From the IMG/VR virus record IMGVR_UViG_3300050821_006280, positions 45,559 through 109,558 of that record: DNA of 64,000 bases. One strand, written 5' to 3'. Positions 1 to 9,401 of the stretch are shown here, piece after piece. Each line of letters begins with the position of its first letter. Position 1 is the stretch's first letter. Both the position numbers and the translations under genes were made by a program. The stretch comes from a virus. The notes below the pieces were generated by a model. The model did no database searches. It worked only from the letters and a program-made list of their open reading frames with translations, and was not told the DNA's origin.

Positions 1-1001
1 AACGAGGCGTCATCGGGATGGATGCCATGTTGCCCAAAATGCTCTCCACGCACGTAGGAGTGTAGTTGAGCTTGGACCTCGGGAGGGAAATTCGTCCCCC
101 ACTGCATCCCGTTCTTGTCATACGCCAGCTTTCCCCCTGGCAAGAAGTGAGAACGGACGCTCTCCTTGCCATGCATCTCTCTCCACGCACGCTGCGCATG
201 CGATTCGCCGCCGATATCGTTGTCGAAGAGAACTGGGTGCACCTTCCCATTCTGTCCGCGGGACAAACGAATATTCCCACCGTGACCATCTGTCTGACTG
301 TGAAGAACATGAGCGACGGCGCCGATCATTCGATGCTGATCATCAACCGCATCAATATCCCCCTGGCTCGAATGAGAGAGATTTTCGCCTGGAGAAAATT
401 CGACAACATGCGCCGGCTGGCCTGCATGCGACCTTGCCATCTTCAACTGCTTTTCAGGCGTATCACTCTCGTCGGGATATGGGTGGCGCTTCGTCAACTG
501 TCCGTGACCATGAAACGTACCGACGAAATTCGGCGTACCCATGTGATGAGCACCGACCGCAGATAGGAAGTCATAGAGATGGGCGTTCTTAGCCCCGATT
601 CTCTCGGGCTGATGAGTTGGATCAATCGTGGCCAACGGCTTCAAGATGGCCTGGTGACCGTTGCTCATTCGGGAATGAAAAACAGCATTCCGTGAGTCAC
701 CGAGATGTCGGACATTTTCAGCACTGGCTTGCTGATCGTTATATCGCTCCATGTGCTGCTGCTGGCGGATATGGCCATGCGGCAAATCTGGGCGCGTCTG
801 CTGTGCAAGCGTCGGCTGCCCCGTGTCATGAGCCATAAATGGCTGTCGGACAGGCTGAATAGGTGATGCCATAGGCTCAACAGCAGGCGCTCCTCCCGGA
901 ACTCCCGTCGCAATTGCCTTCTTCCTAGCCTTTGGAGCCGCGGCATTTGTTCTAAAATCCGCCATTGGCGGTGCTGGCGCCTTTGGCTCTTTCCTTGGCA
1001 T
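1..1001 (-). CDS. PI3/4-kinase/HipA-like kinase-fold protein (runs off window edge; not in ORF track)
   Basis: Hand-translated from ATG at 1001 (MPRKEPKAP...), open to the edge; has AILKP, QTDGHGGNIRL and HPVLFDNDIG, matching the catalytic-loop/metal-loop pattern D-x-H-x-x-N...D-N/H. Confidence 0.65.
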   Translation of the reverse strand, partial: MPRKEPKAPAPPMADFRTNAAAPKARKKAIATGVPGGAPAVEPMASPIQPVRQPFMAHDTGQPTLAQQTRPDLPHGHIRQQQHMERYNDQQASAENVRHLGDSRNAVFHSRMSNGHQAILKPLATIDPTHQPERIGAKNAHLYDFLSAVGAHHMGTPNFVGTFHGHGQLTKRHPYPDESDTPEKQLKMARSHAGQPAHVVEFSPGENLSHSSQGDIDAVDDQHRMIGAVAHVLHSQTDGHGGNIRLSRGQNGKVHPVLFDNDIGGESHAQRAWREMHGKESVRSHFLPGGKLAYDKNGMQWGTNFPPEVQAQLHSYVRGEHFGQHGIHPDDAS

Positions 1002-1065
1002 GTCCCGCAAATAGGAGAGATCTGGTGTTTCCTCGAACAATGCCGATACAGGCATTAGCGGCAAC

Positions 1066-1338
1066 TTAGGCGCGCGCATACCCCATAACCTCGACGGACA
1101 CACCAGGGCAGCAAGCCAGTTTTTGGCGTAGTAGCTCTAGTGGGGAGACAAGCATCTCCCTGGCCTTAATCTCTAGATCTTCTTGCGAAGGTACCAGCAA
1201 CCCTTCCCAGACGCTGGATACAGCAATCTTGCCATCGAGCGTCTGCCAAGCATCGCAACCTTGATCCAGTATCATCTCGCCTCTGACGAGCTTCGCCCTG
1301 AATATACGAAGGCGTCTCGTATCACTGATCGCTGGCAT
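1066..1338 (-). CDS. small protein, paralog of the C-terminal domain of 2988..3458
   Basis: Shares DAWQxxxGxI...SPLxxLxxxLA; overlaps the stop of the upstream kinase gene. Confidence 0.7.
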   Translation of the reverse strand: MPAISDTRRLRIFRAKLVRGEMILDQGCDAWQTLDGKIAVSSVWEGLLVPSQEDLEIKAREMLVSPLELLRQKLACCPGVSVEVMGYARA

Positions 1339-3001
1339 CTTCTTCCTTGTCTTCCGCACGCATTTCAGCTGAGAAGTCGAACGTTCGGCCTACCACGTTC
1401 GACATCACCTCGTTCACATAGTCCTCAACTTCCATGAACTCAGCTTCAATCGGCGTTGGATCTATGCTTTCTGCCAGGGCGGTAAAGTAGTCGAGCACCA
1501 AGAATGGATTCCTCGCGAGCTGCTGGTGATGAGTCCACAGCATCCCGACACGAGCAAGCATGCCAGCAATGCTCAGCAATGGAATCTGATGTTCCATAAG
1601 CGACCGCACAAGCTCTGGCGATCGGTCATTACGGAGGTGACGGACAGCTGTTACAGCGATCTCCTCATAGTCACGAAGCTCTTGGTCACCACCACGAGTA
1701 GCAACCATCATCACCGGATCGCTCCATAAGAGCGGAAACGCATTGGCCTCCACTGGTGGATCAAGATAGGTCTGACCATACTTCGATCGCAGAAGCACAA
1801 GACCATGCGGATTGGGCAGCGACAGCTCGTTGTCTCTCAAGACAATGGCATGTCGATTATTGATCCCACCTCCCCACCCAATGCTGCCGAATGTTCGATC
1901 TCCAGTCCAAAGGATGAAATCGAATACAGCAGCCCGCAAAATCGCCATGCGTCGTTCTGTCGGCATCACTTCAAAAAGACGATTCAGAGCGTCGTTTTCT
2001 ACCCCTTCTGGCTCCTCGAATAATTCATGGAACCACTTTTCTCCATCTATGCCATGAATTCCATCTACATAGAACTGCACAGCGGCATAGCCCTGGAGAT
2101 GGCGGCGAATCTTGTCAGGCTGATCGCCAACCACACGAGAAATTGACTCCTCGAAGCGTTGCTTCCTCTCGATCAGCTCGTCAGACATAATGGCATCGAG
2201 ACCACCGAACTCATCATGACGGAGCACTGTCGGTGGCACGATATCGTCAAATCCAGATGCCTTGGCGATCTCATACGCTGCTGCGGCCCGACGAGCAAAA
2301 CCACCTTCTTTTTGCTCAGCGTCATACAGGTCACCCCAGACATCATAAAGGTACGGGTCGTTGAGACCTTCGATCTTCAGATATCCTTTATGGATGTACC
2401 CATCACCACCTTCGATCTTGACGAGCATACAACCCGTTGAGCTGCCAGCCACCCGGAACTGAGTCATCCTTCCCGTACGTAGCCGTCCAACTAATTCTGG
2501 CTCTGTAACGCCCCACAGCATCTGCTCGCCAGCAGTTACAGTGTTTGCAGGGACGTACATCGACAGCGGATTCGTTGCCCGCGCCGTCTTGTTATTTACA
2601 TCGTAGCGACGACGGACCTCCGGCGGGACTGGGTCTTCTGCGTCTTTGCCGTCACCAAGCTCCCAGGCTAGGTCCAAAACCTTCACGCTCACGCGAGATG
2701 GTAGAGGCGCTTGAATCTGCTCCTGAGGAGACTGCGCAGCTGCTTGGTCAGAGGCAATCTGATCTGCCGGCTGTGGTTCCTCGTCAGGAACCTGTGACTG
2801 TTGAGTTGCTGGCCCACTCGCCGCCGGAAGCTCATGTTCCTTCCGTTGAGCATAACGATCGCCGGGAGCAGCCTTCTTCACGTGGAATGACTGCTCATAC
2901 TCATACGTCTTGCCGTCAGGTCCCTTGCGCTTCAGCTTGCGAATGACACGGTGAAGCCCTGCGGCCAGATCCTCAGACACCACCTTCTCACTCTGGCTCA
3001 T
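1322..3001 (-). CDS. PI3/4-kinase-like (SCO1664/HipA superfamily) protein
   Basis: RRAAAAYEIAKASGFDDIVPPTVLR, AAVFDFILWTGDRTFGS, VLRDNELSL; start moved to MSQSEK. Confidence 0.7.
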   Translation of the reverse strand: MSQSEKVVSEDLAAGLHRVIRKLKRKGPDGKTYEYEQSFHVKKAAPGDRYAQRKEHELPAASGPATQQSQVPDEEPQPADQIASDQAAAQSPQEQIQAPLPSRVSVKVLDLAWELGDGKDAEDPVPPEVRRRYDVNNKTARATNPLSMYVPANTVTAGEQMLWGVTEPELVGRLRTGRMTQFRVAGSSTGCMLVKIEGGDGYIHKGYLKIEGLNDPYLYDVWGDLYDAEQKEGGFARRAAAAYEIAKASGFDDIVPPTVLRHDEFGGLDAIMSDELIERKQRFEESISRVVGDQPDKIRRHLQGYAAVQFYVDGIHGIDGEKWFHELFEEPEGVENDALNRLFEVMPTERRMAILRAAVFDFILWTGDRTFGSIGWGGGINNRHAIVLRDNELSLPNPHGLVLLRSKYGQTYLDPPVEANAFPLLWSDPVMMVATRGGDQELRDYEEIAVTAVRHLRNDRSPELVRSLMEHQIPLLSIAGMLARVGMLWTHHQQLARNPFLVLDYFTALAESIDPTPIEAEFMEVEDYVNEVMSNVVGRTFDFSAEMRAEDKEEDASDQ

Positions 3002-3458
3002 TTTCGCCTTCCAGAAGTTCCGTCCTGAACCAGCTTGCACGAGCCAATCGCTTCTCCAAGATTGCCAATGGAGAAAGATCCCTGGCCAGTGACGCATTCA
3101 AATATCGCTGCTTTGCTTGGGGCTCAAATAGCATCACAGCAACCATCCCAGAGCCCTGGATCTGGCCAGCGTCATCCTGCCATGCGTCACCAAGGGGTGC
3201 TTCACCGGGCTCGTAATCTGGCCGGAGAGCGTAGACCATCAGGTGTCGACTATCGCCTACTGCCTGATCTTCTGTTGGTCCCGAATATTCATCCGGCTCT
3301 TGTTCCTCATCGGGCACGCTTTGCGGCTCTTGAGGCTGTTCCGATTGGTCTTGATCCTCTGGAGGCAAATCCTCAGGACCAGGCTCTTGCGGCGTGTCTG
3401 CCATTGCAGGATCCTGAGCTTCCCCCGAAGAATCAGCCGGCGCATCCATGTTAGCCAT
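2988..3458 (-). CDS. acidic N-tail plus small DAWQ/SPL domain protein
   Basis: Abuts ParB gene, overlaps the kinase start; paralog of 1066..1338. Confidence 0.75.
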   Translation of the reverse strand: MANMDAPADSSGEAQDPAMADTPQEPGPEDLPPEDQDQSEQPQEPQSVPDEEQEPDEYSGPTEDQAVGDSRHLMVYALRPDYEPGEAPLGDAWQDDAGQIQGSGMVAVMLFEPQAKQRYLNASLARDLSPLAILEKRLARASWFRTELLEGENEPE

Positions 3459-4313
3459 TTACGCCCTCGCTGCGCCTGTCTTTCCGTTCGCCTTCTTCTC
3501 ATCGAACGAATCAGCTGCCTTCTGAATCGCTTCTCCAATCAATTCATTGATATCGACATTCGCCGTTCGGCACTTAGTCATGATCTTCTTCATTGCATCA
3601 TGAACTTTCTTGGACATGGCGATATAGGTGTGTTCCTTGCCGCCCCATGCAAAGACCATGAAGTTGAACCTGATTGAATCCCCATGCTCCTGGAAGAGGT
3701 GCTGAATGATACGCTCCAGGTCATTGATGGTACGGGCTTCCTTGGCTTGTGCCTCAAACTGCTGAGCCATCTCAGGGGGAAGCGTCGCCTTCATCTCTTT
3801 CGAGATTTGCTTGATGATCTTCTTCAGCGGCGCATCGCTGGTATATCCCATCATTCCAGCGACTTTATCCTTCCCGTACTTGTCCGCCATCTCTGTGTAG
3901 AGTTTGGCCATTTTTTCCGGGTTCATCTCGCCATGGATGATATTGAGACGCAGGTTCTGGAGTTTTTGATAGTCGAGATCCTTCCACTTCGCGTTCTTGG
4001 GGACATCGACTGGAATCTTTTTTAGACCCAGCTCCTTAGCAGCCTGCCAACGATGATGTCCGCCGATGATGATGTGATGTTCCCCATCCTCGTGAGGGAC
4101 AGCGATAACTGGATCGATGAAACCGCATTCTGCGATGTTATCTTTGAGCTTCGCATACTTATCTGGCTTCATTTCATTTGGGTTATATTCCGTAGGGATC
4201 AGCTCATCTGGAGAGAGAATGATCCTGTAAGTATCCAGAAGATCCTCTGCCTTGATCTCTGCTTCCCCGTTCTCGTCTCCCGCGGCGCGCTTTTGGTCAT
4301 CCTGCTTATTCAT
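3459..4313 (-). CDS. ParB/Srx N-terminal domain protein
   Basis: YNPNEM...GFIDPVIA...IIGGHHRWQAAKELG. Confidence 0.88.
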   Translation of the reverse strand: MNKQDDQKRAAGDENGEAEIKAEDLLDTYRIILSPDELIPTEYNPNEMKPDKYAKLKDNIAECGFIDPVIAVPHEDGEHHIIIGGHHRWQAAKELGLKKIPVDVPKNAKWKDLDYQKLQNLRLNIIHGEMNPEKMAKLYTEMADKYGKDKVAGMMGYTSDAPLKKIIKQISKEMKATLPPEMAQQFEAQAKEARTINDLERIIQHLFQEHGDSIRFNFMVFAWGGKEHTYIAMSKKVHDAMKKIMTKCRTANVDINELIGEAIQKAADSFDEKKANGKTGAARA

Positions 4314-4530
4314 CCAACACCTCGACGATCGATGTAAGACGATTCGCCGCTAGCATCAGCTCGCCGCGCAGCTGCATCTCGAAGACCTCCGCATCCAAGT
4401 CATTGGCCGGAAGATCTTCGCCGGGGATTCCCTCTTCAAGTCTCTCTTTCCATTTGGAAATGATGTCAAGGATCTGTGACATCTCTGATCGAAGGGTCTC
4501 CGCCCGCAGCTTCATCGCCATGACGGCCAT
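4306..4530 (-). CDS. hypothetical protein
   Basis: Operon-packed ORF. Confidence 0.6.
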   Translation of the reverse strand: MAVMAMKLRAETLRSEMSQILDIISKWKERLEEGIPGEDLPANDLDAEVFEMQLRGELMLAANRLTSIVEVLDE

Positions 4531-4580
4531 CCTATCCCAAAATCTGATCGCTGTTGTCCAGTAAAGAGAAATCGTCGGTA

Positions 4581-5420
4581 TTACTTGGCGATTTCTCCCA
4601 CGCTAACAAACAAGATCGGTTCTTCGATGTGGATTTCTACGACTTCAGAAGTATCCGAAGATATCGTTCTCCAGATATCCTCGGTCAAAAGCACTGGTCG
4701 ATTTTTGGAAAATGCAGCAACGATCCAAGACCTGGTATGACGACGACGATCCCAACAGCGCTTGCACAGCCCATCTCCAGAATGCCGCTCGCGCTCGCCA
4801 GTGCCACTAGCACTGCACTGAATGCACCTGTCGATGTCGTATTGGCGAGACCACTTCCTCTTCTCGTTCTTTAGATACTCGATGATTTCATGAACCTGGT
4901 CATCGGTAATCATGTACTTCCGTAGGCCATAGCGTTTCCAGGTCTGACCTATCGCATCGCGCGCCCGACGAATCTGACGCCAGTCATAACCAGTTTCTCG
5001 CTCGATACGACCACGTGTAAATGTCCCCTGCGTCGGTGAGAACCCAAGTTCATAACAACGACGTTCGATTGCTACGCGGTTCCGCCGAGGAAGAAGATCC
5101 ATCAATTCAAAAATCGACAGATGCCCAACATTCTTGACAAGTACTAGATCTTCCTCTCGGCTCCACGGATAGGTTACACGCCCTGGCCTACAACCGGCGC
5201 GACGACCCTTTTCCTCTCTCAGCTTGAGAACACTTGCTTTGAACCGAACCACGGACACGGTCTTGTTCAACGCCTTGGCCACGTCGGCATCACGCATCGT
5301 GCCCCATAGCTCTCTAAGCTTGGTCAGCTCATCCTCCGTCCAGGTGCTGCGCCTACCAGAAGCCCGGAGTTTGAATCTCATCTTGTCGCCGATCCTATAC
5401 CAGCATATCGGTGAGCGCAA
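4581..5420 (-). CDS. Myb/SANT-like repeat DNA-binding protein with C-terminal Cys/His motif
   Basis: WTEDELTKLREL and WSREEDLVLVKN repeats; CIQC...H...CKRC. Confidence 0.65.
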   Translation of the reverse strand: MRSPICWYRIGDKMRFKLRASGRRSTWTEDELTKLRELWGTMRDADVAKALNKTVSVVRFKASVLKLREEKGRRAGCRPGRVTYPWSREEDLVLVKNVGHLSIFELMDLLPRRNRVAIERRCYELGFSPTQGTFTRGRIERETGYDWRQIRRARDAIGQTWKRYGLRKYMITDDQVHEIIEYLKNEKRKWSRQYDIDRCIQCSASGTGERERHSGDGLCKRCWDRRRHTRSWIVAAFSKNRPVLLTEDIWRTISSDTSEVVEIHIEEPILFVSVGEIAK

Positions 5421-5498
5421 ATACTAGCGTATCGCCGTTAAACTACCACGGACGAACTTCTGATCGTTTTATCTGTAAAAGAGGAAGGGTTGTGGTGA

Positions 5499-6074
5499 TT
5501 AAGGAAGCTGATCTTGATACGAGTCGAGAAGATCTTTTGTTGATAATGGCTCGCCAGCCATGACCGCAAGACAAGCCTTCCATGCCCATTCAGCCTGAAA
5601 AGCTAGAGGCGCAAATTGGACATGCCAGAAATCGGCAACCTCCCTCTCCTGGTCCGTGGCGAATGCCAGGAGCGCTGCATCTTCCGTAGTCGGCCAGTGG
5701 TCGCCCATTATCTTCAGCGCCTCAAGTGCCATCAGATTGCACTGAGCAATGAATGGCGCCTTATTTGGCTTTGCCGTGATTTTCGGATCGCCTAGCTCAT
5801 AGGCTTCGATTCCGTTCAGGCAGCGTCCATCCTTCTGTTCTGAGAAGTAGACCTTCTTCCAGAATTGGATAGCTCGATCGACCTTATCCCACGGCGTCGG
5901 GACTCGTTGAGCGATGACCTTACGGGTCTCAGAGTCTTTTTGACGTTGGATGTTTTCGAGGATCTTGGCGACATCATCAGGCGTCTGTACGTCGACCTTG
6001 TATTGCGGCTTTAACTTCTCCAGTCGCTGAGCAATCTTCTCCTGGGTGAGCGAATCTGTTTCCTGATCCTTCAT
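5499..6074 (-). CDS. hypothetical protein
   Basis: ATGA-coupled ORF. Confidence 0.7.
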   Translation of the reverse strand: MKDQETDSLTQEKIAQRLEKLKPQYKVDVQTPDDVAKILENIQRQKDSETRKVIAQRVPTPWDKVDRAIQFWKKVYFSEQKDGRCLNGIEAYELGDPKITAKPNKAPFIAQCNLMALEALKIMGDHWPTTEDAALLAFATDQEREVADFWHVQFAPLAFQAEWAWKACLAVMAGEPLSTKDLLDSYQDQLP

Positions 6075-6565
6075 GACGTTCGTTTCTCCTCTTGCTCAGG
6101 CGCCTGCGATTCGCCATGAAGTGAGCACGGAGCAGCCGGCGCCACGCCGTCAAGGCCGTTTTGGATGTTCTCGAACTGCCCGCAGACGTAGTGATCGACC
6201 ATATCTGCAATCCGAAGCTTCTTTAGCGTGCGCCTGATCTCAGCGGTGCCAGGAATCTGCCGACTCTCAGCAATCTGCATCGCGACCCCGACTGATCGAA
6301 CAACCGGCCGACCCAGCTTGTCAGCTACCTGAGCAGCCTGATGAACTACATGGGCGACAGCTGGGAACCGAGAATCCATCCGGCCATGGTGAGTCTTCCT
6401 GCATTCTTGCGACTTCTGGCAGATATCGAGACAGACAGACCTATTATGGAGTGGCTTTTCGGTGAATTCACGGATGGCACGTCCATGCCCATAGCCAAAA
6501 TATCCGTTGCACTGCCAGCTCGGAATCTTATCCTTGATCCGATTCCGCTCCTTGCCGAAGCCCAT
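6071..6565 (-). CDS. hypothetical Cys-containing protein
   Basis: Packed ORF with RBS. Confidence 0.65.
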   Translation of the reverse strand: MGFGKERNRIKDKIPSWQCNGYFGYGHGRAIREFTEKPLHNRSVCLDICQKSQECRKTHHGRMDSRFPAVAHVVHQAAQVADKLGRPVVRSVGVAMQIAESRQIPGTAEIRRTLKKLRIADMVDHYVCGQFENIQNGLDGVAPAAPCSLHGESQAPEQEEKRTS

Positions 6566-6568
6566 CGT

Positions 6569-7756
6569 CTACTCCTCGTCGTTGTCCTCTGGAGCCTCGA
6601 CAAACCCGGGATCTTCGACCAGCTCTACATCGCCGTGAGCTTCTAGGATCTCGTCCGCTTTAGCTTCCAGGACATTTTCCTTCTTCTTTCGCTTCTTGCC
6701 GCGGATCGGAGTGACATTGCTCGGTTCCTCAGCAATCTCACCGGCACCATTTTTCTCTGCCATCACTCGCTCCTGGACTAACTTCCAGAGCAGATCTCCG
6801 CCGTATACCGGCTTGCCAGCCTTGAGGTCTACCGCCACCAGCTTGAGACCCAGCAGCTTCTCCATCTTGTGGATGTACTGCTTGAGATCTGTTTCTGGCT
6901 TCTTACCAAACTCATTGTTCGACAAGAAATCAGTGCAGATCATCTCCAGATTGTGACCGATCTTGTCGGAGTGAGACATCCCTTTGGCGCGGTCGAGCGC
7001 TGCCTGAACCGTATCCCACTGGCCTTTGTAGAGACTCGTATGGAACTGGTGCATCTCCTCTGGCTTTGGCGGTGCATTGGGCTCGTCGTCATTGCCATCG
7101 CTCCCACCCGTGGCACTTCCGCCAGGGCGCGTCCCGCCCGCAAGAGCAAGGTCGGTATCACCCTCCATCTCATTGCGATCTGCTTTCGCAGCCTTGGCAA
7201 CCCTGATCGCCTTCTTCAGCTCGTCATGCGTCATCTCCTGGGCCTTCTCTAGCCACGACATAACATCGTCTTCGCCGACGAACCCAGAAAGGAGGTAACA
7301 CTTCGAGCGACCTAGAGCCTTGATCCGCTCTTTGACTTCCTTCGGCAAGTGCAACTTGATCTCGAACCAGTAGTAGGCATAGCGCATATTCTCTGCCGAA
7401 CGCTTCAGGATGCCGATCTCCTGTTCGCAATACTCGGCAAACGACTTGAATCCCCACTTGTCGAACAGCGCCTTCCTTGTCGCCCGCGCACCTTCGCCAT
7501 TCATGAGAGCACGATAGCCACCGGGCACGCCGTCAAACACATCGTAGAGACACTGGCCCAAATCCCAGTAGCTCTCCTCGATATCCTTGAACAGCTTCTT
7601 GGCCTTGGCCCTTAGCTCGTTCTCCGCTCGCTCTAGCTCCTCGACGGAGACTTCTCGCTTGGGAACAACGACGATCGAGCCATTCATAGCCTTCGGCTTG
7701 TTCTTGTCGTCATCGTCGCCAGTGAGAATTGCCAGACCCGTTGTGTCCGTGCTCAT
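6569..7756 (-). CDS. hypothetical helical, probably DNA-binding protein
   Basis: 395 aa, GGAG RBS; YWDLGQCL...GFKSFAEYCEQEIG segment. Confidence 0.7.
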   Translation of the reverse strand: MSTDTTGLAILTGDDDDKNKPKAMNGSIVVVPKREVSVEELERAENELRAKAKKLFKDIEESYWDLGQCLYDVFDGVPGGYRALMNGEGARATRKALFDKWGFKSFAEYCEQEIGILKRSAENMRYAYYWFEIKLHLPKEVKERIKALGRSKCYLLSGFVGEDDVMSWLEKAQEMTHDELKKAIRVAKAAKADRNEMEGDTDLALAGGTRPGGSATGGSDGNDDEPNAPPKPEEMHQFHTSLYKGQWDTVQAALDRAKGMSHSDKIGHNLEMICTDFLSNNEFGKKPETDLKQYIHKMEKLLGLKLVAVDLKAGKPVYGGDLLWKLVQERVMAEKNGAGEIAEEPSNVTPIRGKKRKKKENVLEAKADEILEAHGDVELVEDPGFVEAPEDNDEE

Positions 7757-7806
7757 CGAATTGATCTCCTATTAGGAAGAAGCGTTGCTGGCTACCAGGC
7801 GATTGT

Positions 7807-8004
7807 CTACTTCTCTTCAGGCTTTTTTTCGATCGGAAGCAGACTGTCGCGTCGACCATGAACGATGAAGTCCGCCTGTTCGATGCTATGGCCCTGCGCC
7901 TTCAAAAGCTCGATAAACTTCTTAGTCGCGAGATCCGCATCGATATCCTCACGACTGTTGTGATGGCAGCCCTGTCCATTGATCAAAATTGTCCAGTTTC
8001 CCAT
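7807..8004 (-). CDS. hypothetical protein
   Basis: MGNWTIL start after AAGGAG RBS. Confidence 0.6.
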   Translation of the reverse strand: MGNWTILINGQGCHHNSREDIDADLATKKFIELLKAQGHSIEQADFIVHGRRDSLLPIEKKPEEK

Positions 8005-8011
8005 GTTCGGA

Positions 8012-8170
8012 TTACTCCTTGGCTGGAAGGACGAAGTCCTCAGGTTCGGAAAGCGGATTGCACTTGGTGCTGCCGCAGCCCGCACAGCGCTTCGGCGCAT
8101 TCATGTCCTCGGTCAGCATCTCCTGCTCTGATCCGCACTTTGTGCATTTACGTGTCCGCTGGTCCATCAT
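8012..8170 (-). CDS. 52-aa zinc-ribbon protein (not in ORF track)
   Basis: GGAGG RBS; MMDQRTRKCTKCGS...KRCAGCGSTKC. Confidence 0.65.
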   Translation of the reverse strand: MMDQRTRKCTKCGSEQEMLTEDMNAPKRCAGCGSTKCNPLSEPEDFVLPAKE

Positions 8171-8483
8171 TTGCCTCCTTTGAATCTGAGGATAGGGTCG
8201 GAAAAAAGAGAATATCTCTTGCCCGAACCTCGGTCAGCTCGCCATGTTTCCCCTGCCTGTTCATCAACTCGCCGATGATCGATACGTAGAGACCCTTGGA
8301 GACATTTTGCTGACACTTCTGCGCAAGCGCTCCATAGACATTGATGCGGACCCACGTTGTACCTCGCCCCAGCTCCTCAGCAGCAAGAGAGAACGAACAC
8401 GCAGGGTTATTGTCTCGCGTCTGACCAGCAACGATCGGCCCACCAACATTCCCGCTTACGAGGACGATATTGTGTCCTCTCAC
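8148..8483 (-). CDS. ssb: single-stranded DNA-binding protein (bacterial OB fold, short)
   Basis: NIVLVSGNVG...FSLA...TTWVRINVYGALAQ...KGLYVSIIGEL. Confidence 0.85.
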   Translation of the reverse strand: MRGHNIVLVSGNVGGPIVAGQTRDNNPACSFSLAAEELGRGTTWVRINVYGALAQKCQQNVSKGLYVSIIGELMNRQGKHGELTEVRARDILFFPTLSSDSKEANDGPADT

Positions 8484-9055
8484 GATCCACCTGCTAGCTG
8501 ATCCCAGCCGAAACGAGCACAGACATACGCATCCATTTCATCCTGGCTTTGAAAGGTAAGGCCTTGATCCTTTAACCTCATCCCGATCACATCTTTCACG
8601 GTAGCCGGTCGCATCTTTCCATTCTTCCCGGCAATCTTCCCGTAATCCCTCTTCTTCTTCGCTTTGCCCTTCGCGTCCAACACCTGATCGACCTTGAACG
8701 AGATCGAACCTACCACATGACTTCGCAGTTTTGTGGCCTGCTCAACCGACGGGACGATGCCACATGCCAGATATAGCTGCATCCTTACGCAGTAATGGAG
8801 GCCTCCTATCCTTGCCATTTGCCATACTTGGTTCATGGCTGGCGCCTCGATTACAACTAGATTTGGTGGATGATCTTTTACAACGCGAATGATCCTTGAG
8901 CAGATCGAGACAAGCCGATCTAGCTCCGCCTTCTCTCCCTTGACCTGCACTTGTTCAACGAGGAAGGTGTTGACCACCGGCGAAGCATTACTATCACCTT
9001 GAAGAATACAGATCCCGGTCGAAAGCAGACTGAGATCAATACCAATGACAATCAT
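8480..9055 (-). CDS. RuvC-like Holliday junction resolvase
   Basis: VIGIDLSLLSTG, VVIEAP, DEMDAY. Confidence 0.82.
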   Translation of the reverse strand: MIVIGIDLSLLSTGICILQGDSNASPVVNTFLVEQVQVKGEKAELDRLVSICSRIIRVVKDHPPNLVVIEAPAMNQVWQMARIGGLHYCVRMQLYLACGIVPSVEQATKLRSHVVGSISFKVDQVLDAKGKAKKKRDYGKIAGKNGKMRPATVKDVIGMRLKDQGLTFQSQDEMDAYVCARFGWDQLAGGS

Positions 9056-9056
9056 T

Positions 9057-9401
9057 TCAGCGATTACGTAGCTTCTCGAAAACTATCTTGGCAGCGGAAG
9101 TCTGTCTGATTGCCACCAGAATACGATCAGCTTCCTCCTCTAAAACGAGTCCGTCCTCATCAGAGATTTTTCGGCCAAGCTCCTGCTCAACCGCAGCCAC
9201 AAGCTTCATGATCGAGAATTTGTTCTGCCGTCCCCATTCAGTCTTCCTGAGGATGCAAAATGAGCACTCGGTCTGGATATACGGACCATCCTGACCCACT
9301 CGCCACCGCGCTCTCTTTTGAAGACAGCGCATGCAGATCTCCGGCTCTTTGCCTTCTAGCGGAGTTAAATGCCTAGGATCAATAAACAAAACCATGGTCA
9401 C
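9057..9401 (-). CDS. hypothetical CxxC protein
   Basis: Two CxxC pairs; packed ORF. Confidence 0.6.
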   Translation of the reverse strand: MTMVLFIDPRHLTPLEGKEPEICMRCLQKRARWRVGQDGPYIQTECSFCILRKTEWGRQNKFSIMKLVAAVEQELGRKISDEDGLVLEEEADRILVAIRQTSAAKIVFEKLRNR

